From contig NC_068999.1 in NCBI RefSeq assembly GCF_001194135.2, positions 22,717,474-22,769,850 on the forward strand: a stretch of DNA of 52,377 bases, written 5' to 3'. This stretch comes from Octopus bimaculoides (taxonomy: Eukaryota). Below, piece after piece: positions 12,354 through 25,052 of the stretch. The notes under the pieces were generated by a model, which worked only from the letters and a program-made list of their open reading frames with translations, did not search any database and was not told where the DNA came from. Positions within the stretch are counted from its first letter, which is position 1. Each line of letters opens with the position of its first letter. The translations under genes and the position numbers were made by a program.

Positions 12354-12825
12354 NNNNNNNNNNNNNNNNNNNNNNNNNNNNNNNTATATGAAACAGATCT
12401 GTTGACAATTGATAAATTGAATGAAAGAAAACAGACCTGTTGGCATATGGAAAAAGGCCACTATCTCCGTATGGAGATAGTGTGTGTGTGTATATGTGTA
12501 TGTGTGTGTGTGGGATATTCACACACACACACACACACACAATAATATATATCATATATATGAAACAGACCTATTGACATTTGAAAAAGAAGGCGTCTAT
12601 CTCCGTATTGAATGTATTTTCACACACACATTCACATTAATATATATCTTAACAGACCTGTTGACATATCAAAAAGAGGCGTCTATCTCCGTGCAGAATG
12701 TATTTACACACACATAAATATATATCTTATATATGAAGCAGACCTGTTGACATTGGAAATTTTTTTTACAGAAATGAACCTGTACGCACAGATACACAAA
12801 TAGAAAGCTGGAGAAGAATATAAAA
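12070..12825. repeat. Degenerate tandem array built on acagacctgttgaca and ggcgtctatctccgt
   Basis: First motif at about 12145, 12183, 12393, 12431, 12565, 12652, 12738; second at about 12075, 12457, 12592, 12678. Confidence 0.85.
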
Positions 12826-12986
12826 AAAAATAAAAGTACTTTTAGAAATTCTTTTTTATCAGAAGTCGTCACAACTGTAATGACGTACACATACGTGTGT
12901 GTGTAAATAGCTGGTTACTTAGTTACTACGTCAGAACGCCGGACACAAGAAGTTGACATTGACAAAACGGTTTGAAGAAGGGAATC

Positions 12987-14014
12987 TTTATTACCTCCGC
13001 CTTAGCGAAGGCGGAAGATATTCTTCTTAGTTGTGTTCGTTTGTTTGTTTGTTTGTTTGTTGGTTTGTCCGTGGACTAGATATCTCAAGAACCGCTGGAT
13101 AGATTCGGATGAAACTTTCTGGGATATTTGGCCTCATGACTGGCATGAGCTGATTTGATTTTGGAGTCTATCTGGTACCGGACAAGGATTCTAGATTTTT
13201 TTTGTTATATTTACTTTACTTTACATGAAGTATTCCGATCTTACTTTCTTTCAAGTCTTACTCTGATTATCTCCCTTGAAAGCACGCTCATGGTTTCCAC
13301 GTAAGCTATGGTGGCGTTGCTGTTTCTAAAGTTTTGCTTTCGTTTCTTTATTACTAATTTTACTCGCGTCTCTATTTTAGTAGAAATATAACAAACGATA
13401 GGAAAACCATTCTGTGACAATGATAAATTTAATTTATCCTCGGCAATTTTTAGTTTTACCAATTTTGAATATATCGCTCTTGTTTAAAACCTCTCAACTA
13501 CTTCACAATTGCATTTCTAACTCTGCCTTGAAGGCAGCTTTACTTCTTGGACTCATGTTTCTGTGCGCAACGATGTTGCTAAACCTCCGTTAACAGTACC
13601 GTATGCAGGTCTTTCCGTTTTCTTTCACGCATGGATAAATTTTTCACTATAGACCTTAATGGTCGTAATGACAGTATATCAGTGGACAGACTAAAAAAGG
13701 TCTTTATAGAGAAAACTGTCCCTGTTCCCACTGCAGACGACACACACAGTATTACAAACACGGCCGGTACACCTACCTTTACATTCCATGACTACCATTG
13801 GGATCGATCAGGTACCGGACAAGGATTCTGGATTATTTTTCCGTTTTTTGGGGGGGTTTTTTAACTTAATTTTTGAGAGCGATCGGGTTCATTTTTAGTA
13901 TTCTCGTTTGTGAGAGCAGTCGAATTTGTTTCAGATATTATCATTTTAAAAATCATCCCCGGCTAATCGTTGAGAGGCCTTGGCGGAGGTTTGCGCTCTC
14001 TGAGTGCTCTTGTT
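12987..14014 (+). mobile_element. Helentron-associated non-autonomous element (HINE/DINE-like) with an internal insert
   Basis: 5' subterminal ttattacctccgcc, internal (GTTT)n, 3' subterminal inverted ggcggaggt (13982-13990) followed by the stem-loop gcgctc-tct-gagtgc and a T-rich end. This is the established HINE architecture. Confidence 0.75.
13540..13785 (+). pseudogene. Gypsy-type integrase C-terminal (GPY/F module) fragment
   Basis: WTHVSVRNDVAKPPLTVPYAG, a frameshift, then FRFLSRMDKFFTIDLNGRNDSISVDRLKKVF, matching the Gypsy pattern HVFVR..PL.PPY.GP...F.IDINGR...VS.DRLK. Confidence 0.8.
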
Positions 14015-14164
14015 ATATATATAAAGCAATATTATTTATTTTTGATAAAAAATAAATCAAAAGCGTATTATTATTTCCCAGATCAAATTACTCATTTACC
14101 CCAAGTATGGTTACAGATTGATCCAGAGGTTCGGCCTTGCATAGAGGACACATACAGACAACGT

Positions 14165-15280
14165 TTTCTATACATTAGGTCGTCAAGTATAAAATTTGTA
14201 GAAAAGAAAAACAAGTTTGCTAATAAATACAAAGAATAGTTCTATTCATCAAAGTATGCACCCATATTGTCAATACACTTTTTCCATTTCAGTGGTAGCT
14301 TGTCCAGCCTGGAACTGTAAAAGCCTGATAATCTAGAGTCAATAAAATCTTGGAAAGCCTATTTTACAGCATCGTCGGAATTAATTTTTTTCCTATGAAA
14401 AAGTTATCCAAATTCTGGAAGAAGAAGTCGTCAGTGGGGCAAGATCAGGTGAGTGTCGTGGATGAGGGAGAACTTCCAACTCCAACTCCTGTAGTTTCGC
14501 CAATGTCATTTTTGCGATGTGTGGTCTGGCTTTGTTTTGCAATAAAACAGGAGTGGATCTGTTGACTAATCTAGGCTGTATTTTTTGTAAGTTTCTGCAT
14601 CATTTGGTCCAGTTGGCTGCAGTATACTTCGGATGTGACTGATGAGCCAGTTTTAATGAAATCATAATGGATCACACCTGCGCCAGACCACCAAACACAC
14701 ACCATCAGCTTCTTTTGACGAATTTTGCTTATTGGACTGTGTTTTGGTGGCTCGCCTTTGTCCAACCATTGTGCTGAACGTTTACGGTTGTCGTATTGGA
14801 TCCATTTCTCATCACACGTTACAATTCGATTCAAAAATTATTCCTTTTTGTGACGAGAAAATAACATAATGCAGGCTTCTAAACGTTGCTGTTTCTGATT
14901 TTCATTGAGTTCACGTGGAACCCACTTATCCAACTTTTTCACTCTACCGATTTGAACTAGGTGAGTCAATATTGTTTGCTTGCTAACACCAAACAGCAAC
15001 GATGTTTCACGGGAACTTTGAGATGGATCTGACTCGACGGTGGCTTTCAGTTCGTCAGTATCCACCTTTGTTTCTGGTCGACCGCGTTGCTCATTTACGA
15101 GGTCAAAGTTACCAGAACGAAATTTTGCAAACCAATTGGATACTGTCTGCTGTGTAATAACATTAGAATGAAATACTCCATTAATATGCCGAGCTGTCTG
15201 TGGTGCTGTATTTCCAAGAAAGAATTCTTATTTCAAAACTGTATGAATTTCCGACTAATCCACCTCTAAACAAAATAGCA
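14165..15280 (-). mobile_element. Near full-length mariner, pseudogenised
   Basis: GRVKKLDKWVPREL...RIVTCDEKWIQYDN...KKLMVCVWW...LLQNKARPH...HSPDLAPTD...WKKCIDNMGAYFD, with stops and frameshifts; degenerate TIR-like ends. Confidence 0.95.
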
Positions 15281-15514
15281 AAAGCGATTTATAAAGCACA
15301 AAATGAGTTAGAATAAAGAAATAGATATGTCAGCTTTCTAACAAAAAATAAAGATTGTCAAAATATAATAATGGTGCAAAATGAACATATACCTTACTAC
15401 AAATTTCATACTTGACGACCTAATAGTAAGATAAACCAAAATCATTTTTTAAAACCCGATCCTCAAATATATCTAAATATTTTTGAGCAATTTTAATATT
15501 TTCCTTCATTCTGA

Positions 15515-15900
15515 CCGACAAGTCAAGTTTATGATGCCATACCGTATTTTAAAATTTTTAAACCATGCAATTGTAAGCACACAATCTCTGCATTATCCAT
15601 AGTTTTCTGTAATAGTTTGGCTTTTACTATTGGCTTTGAAACTGGTGGGAGCTTAAATAGCGTTTGCACTAAACCGCTTAAATAACATCGCAACTATAAT
15701 AGTATTGGTATTTTTTAATGTTTGCCACACACCAACATCTTTATTTGTTTCTGAATCAGCCATAAATTGTATTTATCCGTTTTGTTTCCTAATATCATTC
15801 AACGTTGAAGAATCTATGTTATATTTACGCAATATAGTGCTCCAGTTTCCAAGTCTTTTCAAACGTATTATTTCAATTACCGGATCTTTTGATTGTGTTC
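15515..15900 (-). pseudogene. pogo/Tigger transposase N-terminal HTH region relic
   Basis: Manual translation: EIIRLKRLG..ILRKYNIDSSTLNDIRKQ..IQFMADSET..TLK..AMLFKRFS, then PIVKAK, then AWFKNFKIRYGI (compare the CENP-B HTH motif GWL.NFK.R.GI). Not present in the ORF track. Confidence 0.75.
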
Positions 15901-17769
15901 AAATGTTTAGTTTTCACACCTTTCTCAATTTGGTTTCTCATATTAACATCGGAGGACATTTTCATTATTGGATGAACAATATATAACTAGATAAAGGTGG
16001 ATATAAAGAACTTAGGTGATAGCCTAATGTGAACATGACGGAGTGATCGGACGCTAGAGATGGCGTGTAGAAAGAAAGTAATTGGTGAAGCGCGACAAAA
16101 AGAGCTAGACAATCGGGTTTATCGGATTAGTTGATACCAGATTAAGGGAACTTTACTGTATAGAACTGTATCTTTATTTTATCTATGTTTGCCTATGTAT
16201 GAATGCATGTGTATACGTATGCGTTTGTATGTTTGCATTTGTATATATGCATAAGTATGTATATAAATATATTTATGAATGACCATGTACATATATATAT
16301 ATAAACATACATATGCATGTATATATATTTACGTACACTCTGGTGGTTGAAGAAAATGGTAATGTGTACAATATATGATGCATGGACGCCAGGGAAATAT
16401 ATCTTACGTATCACATGTGATGTACAACACAGGCAAAGGGTTCAGGGAAGTAGAAGAAGAATAATTTCAAGGAACTGAGTTAATTTCCCGGAAAATTGAA
16501 TGTTCATGCTTAGGGGAAAACCTAATACTTTTTAACAGATAAAGTGGCAGCTGTTTTACAAGTAAAAAGCGTCACATAATAGTAATTTACATAATTACAA
16601 AATGTGAGGTAAAGGAAATAACTTAAGTGGGCCAAAATCTTGAGAAAGGTGGTGACGTACGGAACGGAATGACATACGATAAAATATTTTTTCAGTGCAG
16701 TGAAATTTGCGTTTTAGTTGAAGAAAGAAAACAAAAAATTAGAGTAGGTTGTTGACGTCATTCAAATAAAAGACGAATTTCAGTGAGTTAATTTATTTCA
16801 TGGAAAATTTTATTTTCATGTTTAACATTTAATTTAATTTTCTCCTTCGTTTTCTTTTGGCCAGTTGTAATTTGCATTACTACGAAAATTTAGCTATGAG
16901 CTACTTATTCTCGGCACCATGGTGAACAGCATATAGCGATTAGACACTGTTCTTTTACCCTCTCTTATACTCCTCTTAGTATTAGACTGCAGCAAGCTGG
17001 CGCACAGATTTACAAGATTAATCGGTAATATGAATCCCAGTATTTTTTTACGGTCTAATACTTATTTTAAGTATCAGAACCACTTGATCATGGAGCTTAA
17101 AAGGGGTAACAATATATATAAAAAAATAAAAATAATAGTTTTTAGGCCAGTGTAATTTTAGAATCAATGAACACTTCCATAGTACTCTTACCTTGTGTCA
17201 CTGAGCAAGGAACATATGCAACCGCCAGTAATAATAAACGTTCGCTCATATCGTTGCTATTATGTTAAACTGTCGTATGTCCAAATTTGGTCAGATGCAT
17301 TTTTTGCAATATTTCATTTTGCTTGAAATAGCCAGTTCTTTTGGTCAAACTTTTGTATCTCTAGCTGCTGCAGATACCAAGATACGAAAATTGTCAAAGT
17401 GTAGTAAAACGGTTTAGCATTTTTCAGAAGTGTACTAAGTCCCACATACGACAGTTTCGCAAAAATATTTCTGACTGAAAATATCTTACATGCATGGAGT
17501 TACGATTTTATGCACCCAACAAAGTTTTATTGTTAAGCTGAAACTGTTGCTAAGGTAAAAAAAAAAATGGAATGGTGAAACTATTTTTTATTTTTCTGAA
17601 AAAGCAACGTTTTGGACTTTCGGCACTTTTGCAAAATAGCAAAATTGCTGAGTCAGTAGAGTGTCAGATAAGCTACTTTGTGATTATGGCATTTAGTTAA
17701 CTCCCTTTACGATCTGAGTTCAAATCCAGACTTTCATCCTTCCGACATCAATAAAACAAAAACTGATGA

Positions 17770-18128
17770 TAGTTTTAAATTTCGGTACAAGGCCAGCGTT
17801 TTCAGGGGAGGAGTTAGGTCAATTACATCGATTCCAGCGTTCAACTGGTACTAATTTTATCGACCCCGATCCTGCCAGCTAGTCGCCTTAATAGTAATAA
17901 TAACAATCCTTTCTACTAAAGCACAAGGACTGAAGTTTTTTCTTTCTTTTTTTGTTGTTGGTGGTGGTGGTGGGGATTACGGGTCTAATTGATTACATTA
18001 TTTTATCAACCTCGAAAGAATGAAAGGCAAAGTTGACCACGGCATAATTTGAACTTAGAACGTAATGACGGACGAAATGCTGCGAAGCATTTGCCCGGCA
18101 TGCTAACGATTCAGGCAGCCCACCGCCT
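17770..18128 (-). mobile_element. Two SINE family B copies (a 3' fragment at 17770-17875 and a full copy at 17905-18128)
   Basis: Reverse complement of aggcggtgggctgcctgaatcgttagc...gttctaagttcaaatt...ctttcattctttcgaggttgataaaataa...ccttgtgc. Confidence 0.8.
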
Positions 18129-18129
18129 T

Positions 18130-18335
<206 letters not shown>

Positions 18336-18339
18336 TTTA

Positions 18340-18690
18340 TTTTCTCTTCATCTCAGATTTTGTTGGAGCTCCTAGAGTCTTGCATGCGTAGCGAGCTTAC
18401 TACCTGCACCCTACGGTACCATGTTATCCGCTCTTTTCAGCTGTCTAATTCTTCCTTGATTATTCTGACCGTGCGAAGGAGGTAAACCTTTTGTATAAGT
18501 TCTACTGGGCACTCTATTCCAATTTCCTTTATATTTCTCTTGGTGCCTACTGATACTATTCCCAAGGACCCAACGATAATTGGCACCGTCTTCACCTTCT
18601 TTATTTTCCATAGCCGGGCTCCGATCACCACTGGTATCACTTTTACATTACCCTCTCGCATTCCATACAGTTTTGCCATCATTAGTTTTT
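18340..18690 (-). mobile_element. R4/Dong-type LINE 3' end
   Basis: RLWKIKKVKTVPIIVGSLG...IGIECPVELIQKVYLLRTVRIIKEELDS*, matching the typical R4/Dong terminus (PIIVGALG...LQK.CLLGTARI.R.VLD), then a short UTR and an (AAT)n tail. Confidence 0.8.
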
Positions 18691-18748
18691 GTTTTATTGA
18701 TGTCAGAAGGATGAAAGTGCATTTTTACCTACACTGTGTTACGAAGGA

Positions 18749-18816
<68 letters not shown>

Positions 18817-19115
18817 TCCTTCTTCATTGGCCACAAGAGCCGTGAAAAACATTTAGAGCAATACAAACACAAAGGACAGTGGGGATTTACATAGAACCGT
18901 GTGATCAATGAAATACAAACAAGAACAAAAAAATTCTAACAAATTCTCCACGCCACCCTGAGCAACCAAGGAACCTCACTGATTCAGAGCCACCCGTTTT
19001 ACCAAGTACCATAGCAAGTGGTCCTCTCTTCCTCCGTACTTCCCAGCCTCCGGGCGCCAGCTTAGAGTTGGCCTCCTCTCACTTGGGCCATCTTCGCTGT
19101 ATTCATCCACCTTTT
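18817..19115 (-). mobile_element. L1/Tx1-type LINE 3' end
   Basis: Ends ...cttgtggccaatgaagaagga plus an (ATT)n tail, similar to ...ctgtgtggctaataaa at the 3' end of the Tx1 element at 42680-42703. Clade assignment is by recall. Confidence 0.5.
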
Positions 19116-19195
19116 AAAAAATTTACTGGTGGGGATGAGGAAAACGTCAGAACTCAATGACTAAAACCACAAAAGAAAGGATTAATAATTCGGAA

Positions 19196-19605
19196 GGCGC
19201 AGGCGTGGCAGTGTAGTAAGTATTTTGTTTCAGAAAAACATGGTTCCGGGTTCAGTCCCACTACATTGCACCTTGGACAAGTTTCTTCTACTATAGCCTC
19301 GGCCCAACCAAGACCTTATGAGTGAATTTAGTAGACGAAAACTGAAAGAAGCCCGTTGTATAAATGTATATGTGTATGTGCGTGTGTGGGCGTATGTATC
19401 TTTGTAGCTATGTTTGTTCCCTACCACCGCTTGACAGTCGGTGTTGGCGTGTTTACATCCACGCAATATAGCGATTCGGTGAAGGAGTCGATAGAATAAG
19501 TACTAGGCTTTAAAAACAAGTACTGGAGTTGATTCATTCGAGAAAAAATTTTCAAGGCGGTGCTCCAGCATGGCCACAGTCTAATGACTGAAACAAGTAA
19601 AAGAT
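19196..19605 (+). mobile_element. SINE family A, full length
   Basis: tRNA-like head (ggcgcaggcgtggcagtgtagtaag...gggttcagtccc), ccttggacaagtttcttc, internal TA/TG tract and the conserved tail. Confidence 0.9.
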
Positions 19606-20330
19606 AGTTACATATGCCAGTTATTTTCAGGATCTGCTACTATACTGAAGTTATTAGTCTAGGTTACATCTGTACATAGTATGACATATCTAACTTAATC
19701 TTAGTTTCTGAATATGTATTATTATATCTGAAAACAATTTATGAATATAGTACTACAAGAACAGAAATTAAACATCTTTTGTGAACGTGCGGCTCTCATC
19801 TTGTACGCTCAAAATATACTCCCTTGGTAATCACAGTTATGATTTCCAACATAGGCAGAGGATACAGATTTGTTGAGTAGATGTATAGTTAATTAGATCA
19901 ATCACTCTACTGTTATTTTATAGTTCTCTCAGCATTATTTGGATTCGTATCGTAAAGAAAAAACGATTAAAAAGTTACATGAATGAATACTACTTTGCAT
20001 TTCTCCGGGTTCTTCCATCTTTGCTCCCTCAACTCACATACCCCATGCGTTCACTCATTTATACAAGCGCTCAAAGGAACCGTACATATTGAAGACGTAA
20101 ATAAACTATGATTGCAAAAGTTACTTGCAACGTAAGGTGATTTCATTAGTTGAAAGCAGTGATGGCGAACCAGTGACATGCTTCTTAGCAGGGATACTCT
20201 GTAGATTTTCAGATAATACACATTGGATTTTGAAATTAAAAAAAAATCTCACTGCAATATCATGTAATAAAAAGCTTATGTAGCCTGAAGTATTTACCTA
20301 CAACTAAAAACATAGGCATGGCTGTTTACA

Positions 20331-20812
20331 GGCGCAGGCAGGATTATGTGGTTAAGAAGCTAGCTTTGCAACACACANNNNNNNNNNNNNNNNNNNNNNN
20401 NNNNNNNNNNNNNNNNNNNNNNNNNNNNNNNNNNNNNNNNNNNNNNNNNNNNNNNNNNNNNNNNNNNNNNNNNNNNNNNNNNNNNNNNNNNNNNNNNNNN
20501 NNNNNNNNNNNNNNNNNNNNNNNNNNNNNNNNNNNNNNNNNNNNNNNNNNNNNNNNNNNNNNNNNNNNTATATATATATATTTATGTGTGTGTGTCTGCC
20601 TATATAAATGTGTTTGAATGAATCTTTGGATTTGTTACCCCATCGCTTGATAACCAGTGTTGGTTTACGTACGACCCCGTAACTTAGCGATTCAGTGAAA
20701 GAATCCAATAGATTGAGTACAAGACTTAAATCTAACACACACACACACACAAAAAAAAACAAGTACAGAGATCGATTTTTCTGACCAAAACATTTCAAAG
20801 TGGTGCCCTAGC
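20331..20812 (+). mobile_element. SINE family A spanning an assembly gap
   Basis: Head lies before the gap at 20378-20568 and the tail modules lie after it. Confidence 0.75.
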
Positions 20813-21599
20813 ACCTAGAAGTTAATCTTGATCGAGTAGATCTCTGATTAGTGACATCTTAGCCATGACCAGCTAATTTTTTTCAGCCATAATTTAGGAC
20901 TATATTATATCAGTACTTATTTAAAAAAAAAAATAGACGATAGGGTGCAAAATGCTGGAGACTTGGCTGTTATTACTAGCAAGCCTAGCACCCATGTAGG
21001 GGCTCGTGCAAGTGAATTGAGAATGCAAATGAGGCTAAAACGCATTGGCTAATGTGTGCATAAACGATGGCTATATTGATTTGGATAAGGAATTTATGGT
21101 TCATGCTAAACTCAACAGTGGTTGAGTTGATAATAAAACAAATTATATACCCTCTCTATCAGTCCACAGTCCCTCCCTCCTCTTCCTCCCCCTCCTCTTC
21201 CTCCCCCTCCTCTTCCTCCCCCTCCTNNNNNNNNNNNNNNNNNNNNNNNNNNNNNNNNNNNNNNNNNNNNNNNNNNNNNNNNNNNNNNNNNNNNNNNNNN
21301 NNNNNNNNNNNNNNNNNNNNNNNNNNNNNNNNNNNNNNNNNNNNNNNNNNNNNNNNNNNNNNNNNNNNNNNNNNNNNNNNNNNNNNNNNNNNNNNNNNNN
21401 NNNNNNNNNNNNNNNNNNNATAATGCCTAATGTTACAAAATTCTTTATGCTTCAAATGCTACAATTCTCTCGGGAAATAAACAGCAAAAATAGAAGATTG
21501 GCAGAGCTTTAAAGATTTTGCTCGTTTGAAAAACATTATTGCAACTTTATATCTTCATAGTTATAACAGAATTATTGATATTTCCATAAATAATCCCTG

Positions 21600-21669
<70 letters not shown>

Positions 21670-21678
21670 CATCTATCC

Positions 21679-21722
<44 letters not shown>

Positions 21723-22240
21723 GTTTGCCTGCCTGCCTGTCTATATTTTACATCAAACACATTTCTAACAATCAAATAAGCTGAAAAAATGACACACACA
21801 CACACACACACACTTACATGTGAGTTTGTGTGCGCGTGCGTGTGTGTGTGTATATACATACGCTTACACATACTACATTTTTTTTTCATATCAAACGCAT
21901 TACACTTAAATACGAGGGCAAAGGCCAAGAAATATTTTTTCTACGTATCGATCCATTCAGTGTTGTACAGTTAAACGGAACATAAACCACATCAGCATCA
22001 CCTTTCCGAGATAGCATATAATCTGGCTCCTACCAGATTTCCAGTTTGAGAACAACTTCCCCGCTTCTTCCCACCATTCACGGAGACTCTGAAAAGGTCA
22101 TTTGTGATGCCTTATCTCCTTCGATTACGACATCAAGACTATAAAAGACACAAAATTGAACTTAATGAATGCATATTATTTGGTCATTGCCCTTGCTAAT
22201 AAAACCTGAAATTTCAAAATTATTGCTTAAACATGTAGTA

Positions 22241-22424
22241 GGCACAATATATAGCTGAGTGGTTAGCAAGCTCACTTTGCAAGCCTGTGGTTTCGGTTTC
22301 AGTCCTACTTCACGGGACTTGGGAAAGTGTCTTCTACTATAACCCTGAACTAAACAATGCATTTGTGAGTGAATTTGGGAGACGGAAACAGAATGGAAAC
22401 CCGGTCAAATGTATATGTGTGTGT

Positions 22425-22498
<74 letters not shown>

Positions 22499-22692
22499 TT
22501 GTCCTCCACACACACACACACAGCTTGACAACCGATGTTAGTTTGTGTACGTCCCCATAACCTAGTAAGTCGGTAAAAGAATCTGATAGAATAAGCACCA
22601 AGCATATAGAGTAAGTACCAATGGATCGGTTCGACTAAAATCCTGCAACCCCAGCATGGTTGTTGTCCAATGACTGAAACAAGAAAAAGATA
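22241..22692 (+). mobile_element. SINE family A, full length, with internal (TG)n
   Basis: Same module order as 19196-19605. Confidence 0.88.
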
Positions 22693-22993
22693 AATGGTTA
22701 AAGATAAGCAATTGGAGAAGGTAAACGAATCGTAACATCTTTCTCAATAATAGTGCATAAAATGTATACAGTCACCGGGCAGCTGATCCCCACAATATTT
22801 GTTTTCATTTGATAGTGGTTCGGACAGAAATATTTCACCAATATTCCTTTGTATTGAAAGAAGTGAGTGTACTCTGTCATATATAGCTATGAAGCATTTT
22901 CACTGTTACGTAATATGCATTCGGTGTCCCTTTGAAACAGTTGTAGTGCTTGACTACTTCTTCCATTCTTTTCAGACTATATATACGTGTGTG

Positions 22994-23027
<34 letters not shown>

Positions 23028-23056
23028 TATTATGTATGTGTGTGAGTGTGTGTATG

Positions 23057-23100
<44 letters not shown>

Positions 23101-23104
<4 letters not shown>

Positions 23105-23345
23105 TGGCCTACGAGATCGCGGTTTCAGTTCCTAGACTGGGTGATGATTTATGTTCTTGAGCATGACACTTCATCTCAAGTTGCTCTGTGATCACTTCCA
23201 CACCTGACACGTGGTACTCCGTGTACCTGCTTAGGCAACGTCGATTTAATACAAGGAGCGAGCCAATGTACAGCACATACATTTGATCACTATAAACAAA
23301 TCATTTGTGCAGCTCGTTTGGCAAAAGTTAAACACTCATACGTCG
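23101..23345 (+). mobile_element. SINE family D
   Basis: Aligns with 32210-32452: gttcttgagcatgacact...gttgctctgtgatcac...acatacatttgatcactataaacaaatcatttgtgcag. Confidence 0.75.
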
Positions 23346-23735
23346 TGTCGTCTTCGACGGGAGATTCCATCATATATATATCCCCTTTTTCTTAGCTCTC
23401 CTGTGTGATCCTTCTGTCCGGCATTCGCCATGATAGATCGCTGACCACTACATTTATATTTTTTTCTTTCCTTGTTTCTTTCTGTGTTCCTTTCTGTTGA
23501 AGAGCGTAGGCTCGAAATGTTAAAGACTTTCTCTATTCCCGAGCGTTATACTAATACATCCATTTGTTGTTTACACCACCTGTCTTCGTCTGTTGTGTTT
23601 TTCGTAAATTCCCCCCTATATATATATATGCATATATGGGTACAGGACGTCACCAACTATAAACAACATTAAGTACGAAAACAAGCGAGAAAGATTGAAA
23701 GCAGGACAAGTAACATAAATAACGACCCATCATCA
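23345..23735. mobile_element. Probable Penelope-like terminal fragments
   Basis: tgaagagcgtaggctcgaaa (stem GAGC/GCTC followed by GAAA) and gggtacaggacgt shared with 5174-5186. Confidence 0.4.
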
Positions 23736-23754
23736 GTTGTCGGCTGTCTATTTA

Positions 23755-23823
<69 letters not shown>

Positions 23824-24559
23824 TGGTATGTTGATGCAAATAGGAAAACTAGAACTCAAGATATGAGTATATGTATATTTGTATTTAACAGAATTAGCAG
23901 AGTGNNNNNNNNNNNNNNNNNNNNNNNNNNNNNNNNNNNNNNNNNNNNNNNNNNNNNNNNNNNNNNNNNNNNNNNNNNNNNNNNNNNNNNNNNNNNNNNN
24001 NNNNNNNNNNNNNNNNNNNNNNNNNNNNNNNNNNNNNNNNNNNNNNNNNNNNNNNNNNNNNNNNNNNNNNNNNNNNNNNNNNNNNNNNNNNNNNNNNNNN
24101 NNNNNNNNNNNNNNNNNNNNNNNNNNNNNNNNNNNNNNNNNNNNNNNNNNNNNNNNNNNNNNNNNNNNNNNNNNNNNNNNNNNNNNNNNNNNNNNNNNNN
24201 NNNNNNNNNNNNNNNNNNNNNNNNNNNNNNNNNNNNNNNNNNNNNNNNNNNNNNNNNNNNNNNNNNNNNNNNNNNNNNNNNNNNNNNNNNNNNNNNNNNN
24301 NNNNNNNNNNNNNNNNNNNNNNNNNNNNNNNNNNNNNNNNNNNNNNNNNNNNNNNNNNNNNNNNNNNNNNNNNNNNNNNNNNNNNNNNNNNNNNNNNNNN
24401 NNNNNNNNNNNNNNNNNNNNNNNNNNNNNNNNNNNNNNNNNNNNNNNNNNNNNNNNNNNNNNNNNNNNNNNNNNNNNNNNNNNNNNNNNNNNNNNNNNNN
24501 NNTATATATATATATATATATATATTTCAAAGTAGTCTTTCTGATGTTGCCATTGGATA

Positions 24560-24990
24560 TTCTTTTATCAAAATATTATATTGCACAAGCAGGTAATACT
24601 TTGAAGACATTTTATAGCAGTTGCTAATTATATGGTTATGTCGTCCATAGAAATATTACATAATCGACATATTCGGTTGCATTGTTGAATATTTTAAGAG
24701 CTTCTCTATCAGTTTTATCCAGCAGTCATTTTAAAGTTATATTTTGCTCAAGGATTACAATACCATAATCTACGAGAAGTGGTGTGATGTGTTCTAACAC
24801 ATTTCTAGTTTAAGTGATATATATAATCCTTCTCCTCCAGGTATATGTTAAGGTAGTTCACTTACGCACTTCTAAGATCACATAGGATATTATCAAACGT
24901 TGACCATTTCTGAGCTGTAAACTCCCGTCTTTTAAGATATTGTTCTTCCGGTACCTTAATTACACTCAAATAGTTGCTGGACTCATCTCA
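24560..24990 (-). mobile_element. Highly degraded R4/Dong-type LINE fragment
   Basis: Minus strand gives LP*HIPGGEGL (compare YLPR..GGRGL) and HIISNCYKMSSKYYL, homologous to HIISSCPKMSSGYHL at 3527-3805. Confidence 0.65.
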
Positions 24991-25052
24991 AGCATTTTAT
25001 TTTGTCTTTTCCCTGAAATATAGTCTTTCAGTTACAATATTTCTGTGGAATA

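Noticed and set aside
12070-12825. CRISPR-like appearance of repeats with variable spacers
   Set aside because: Eukaryotic context, degenerate repeats, microsatellite spacers and no cas genes.
16753-16760. Isolated CRE palindrome TGACGTCA
   Set aside because: One 8-mer in 52 kb is expected by chance.
19196-19270. tRNA genes at the SINE heads
   Set aside because: They have A/B boxes but no complete cloverleaf and run on into SINE bodies.
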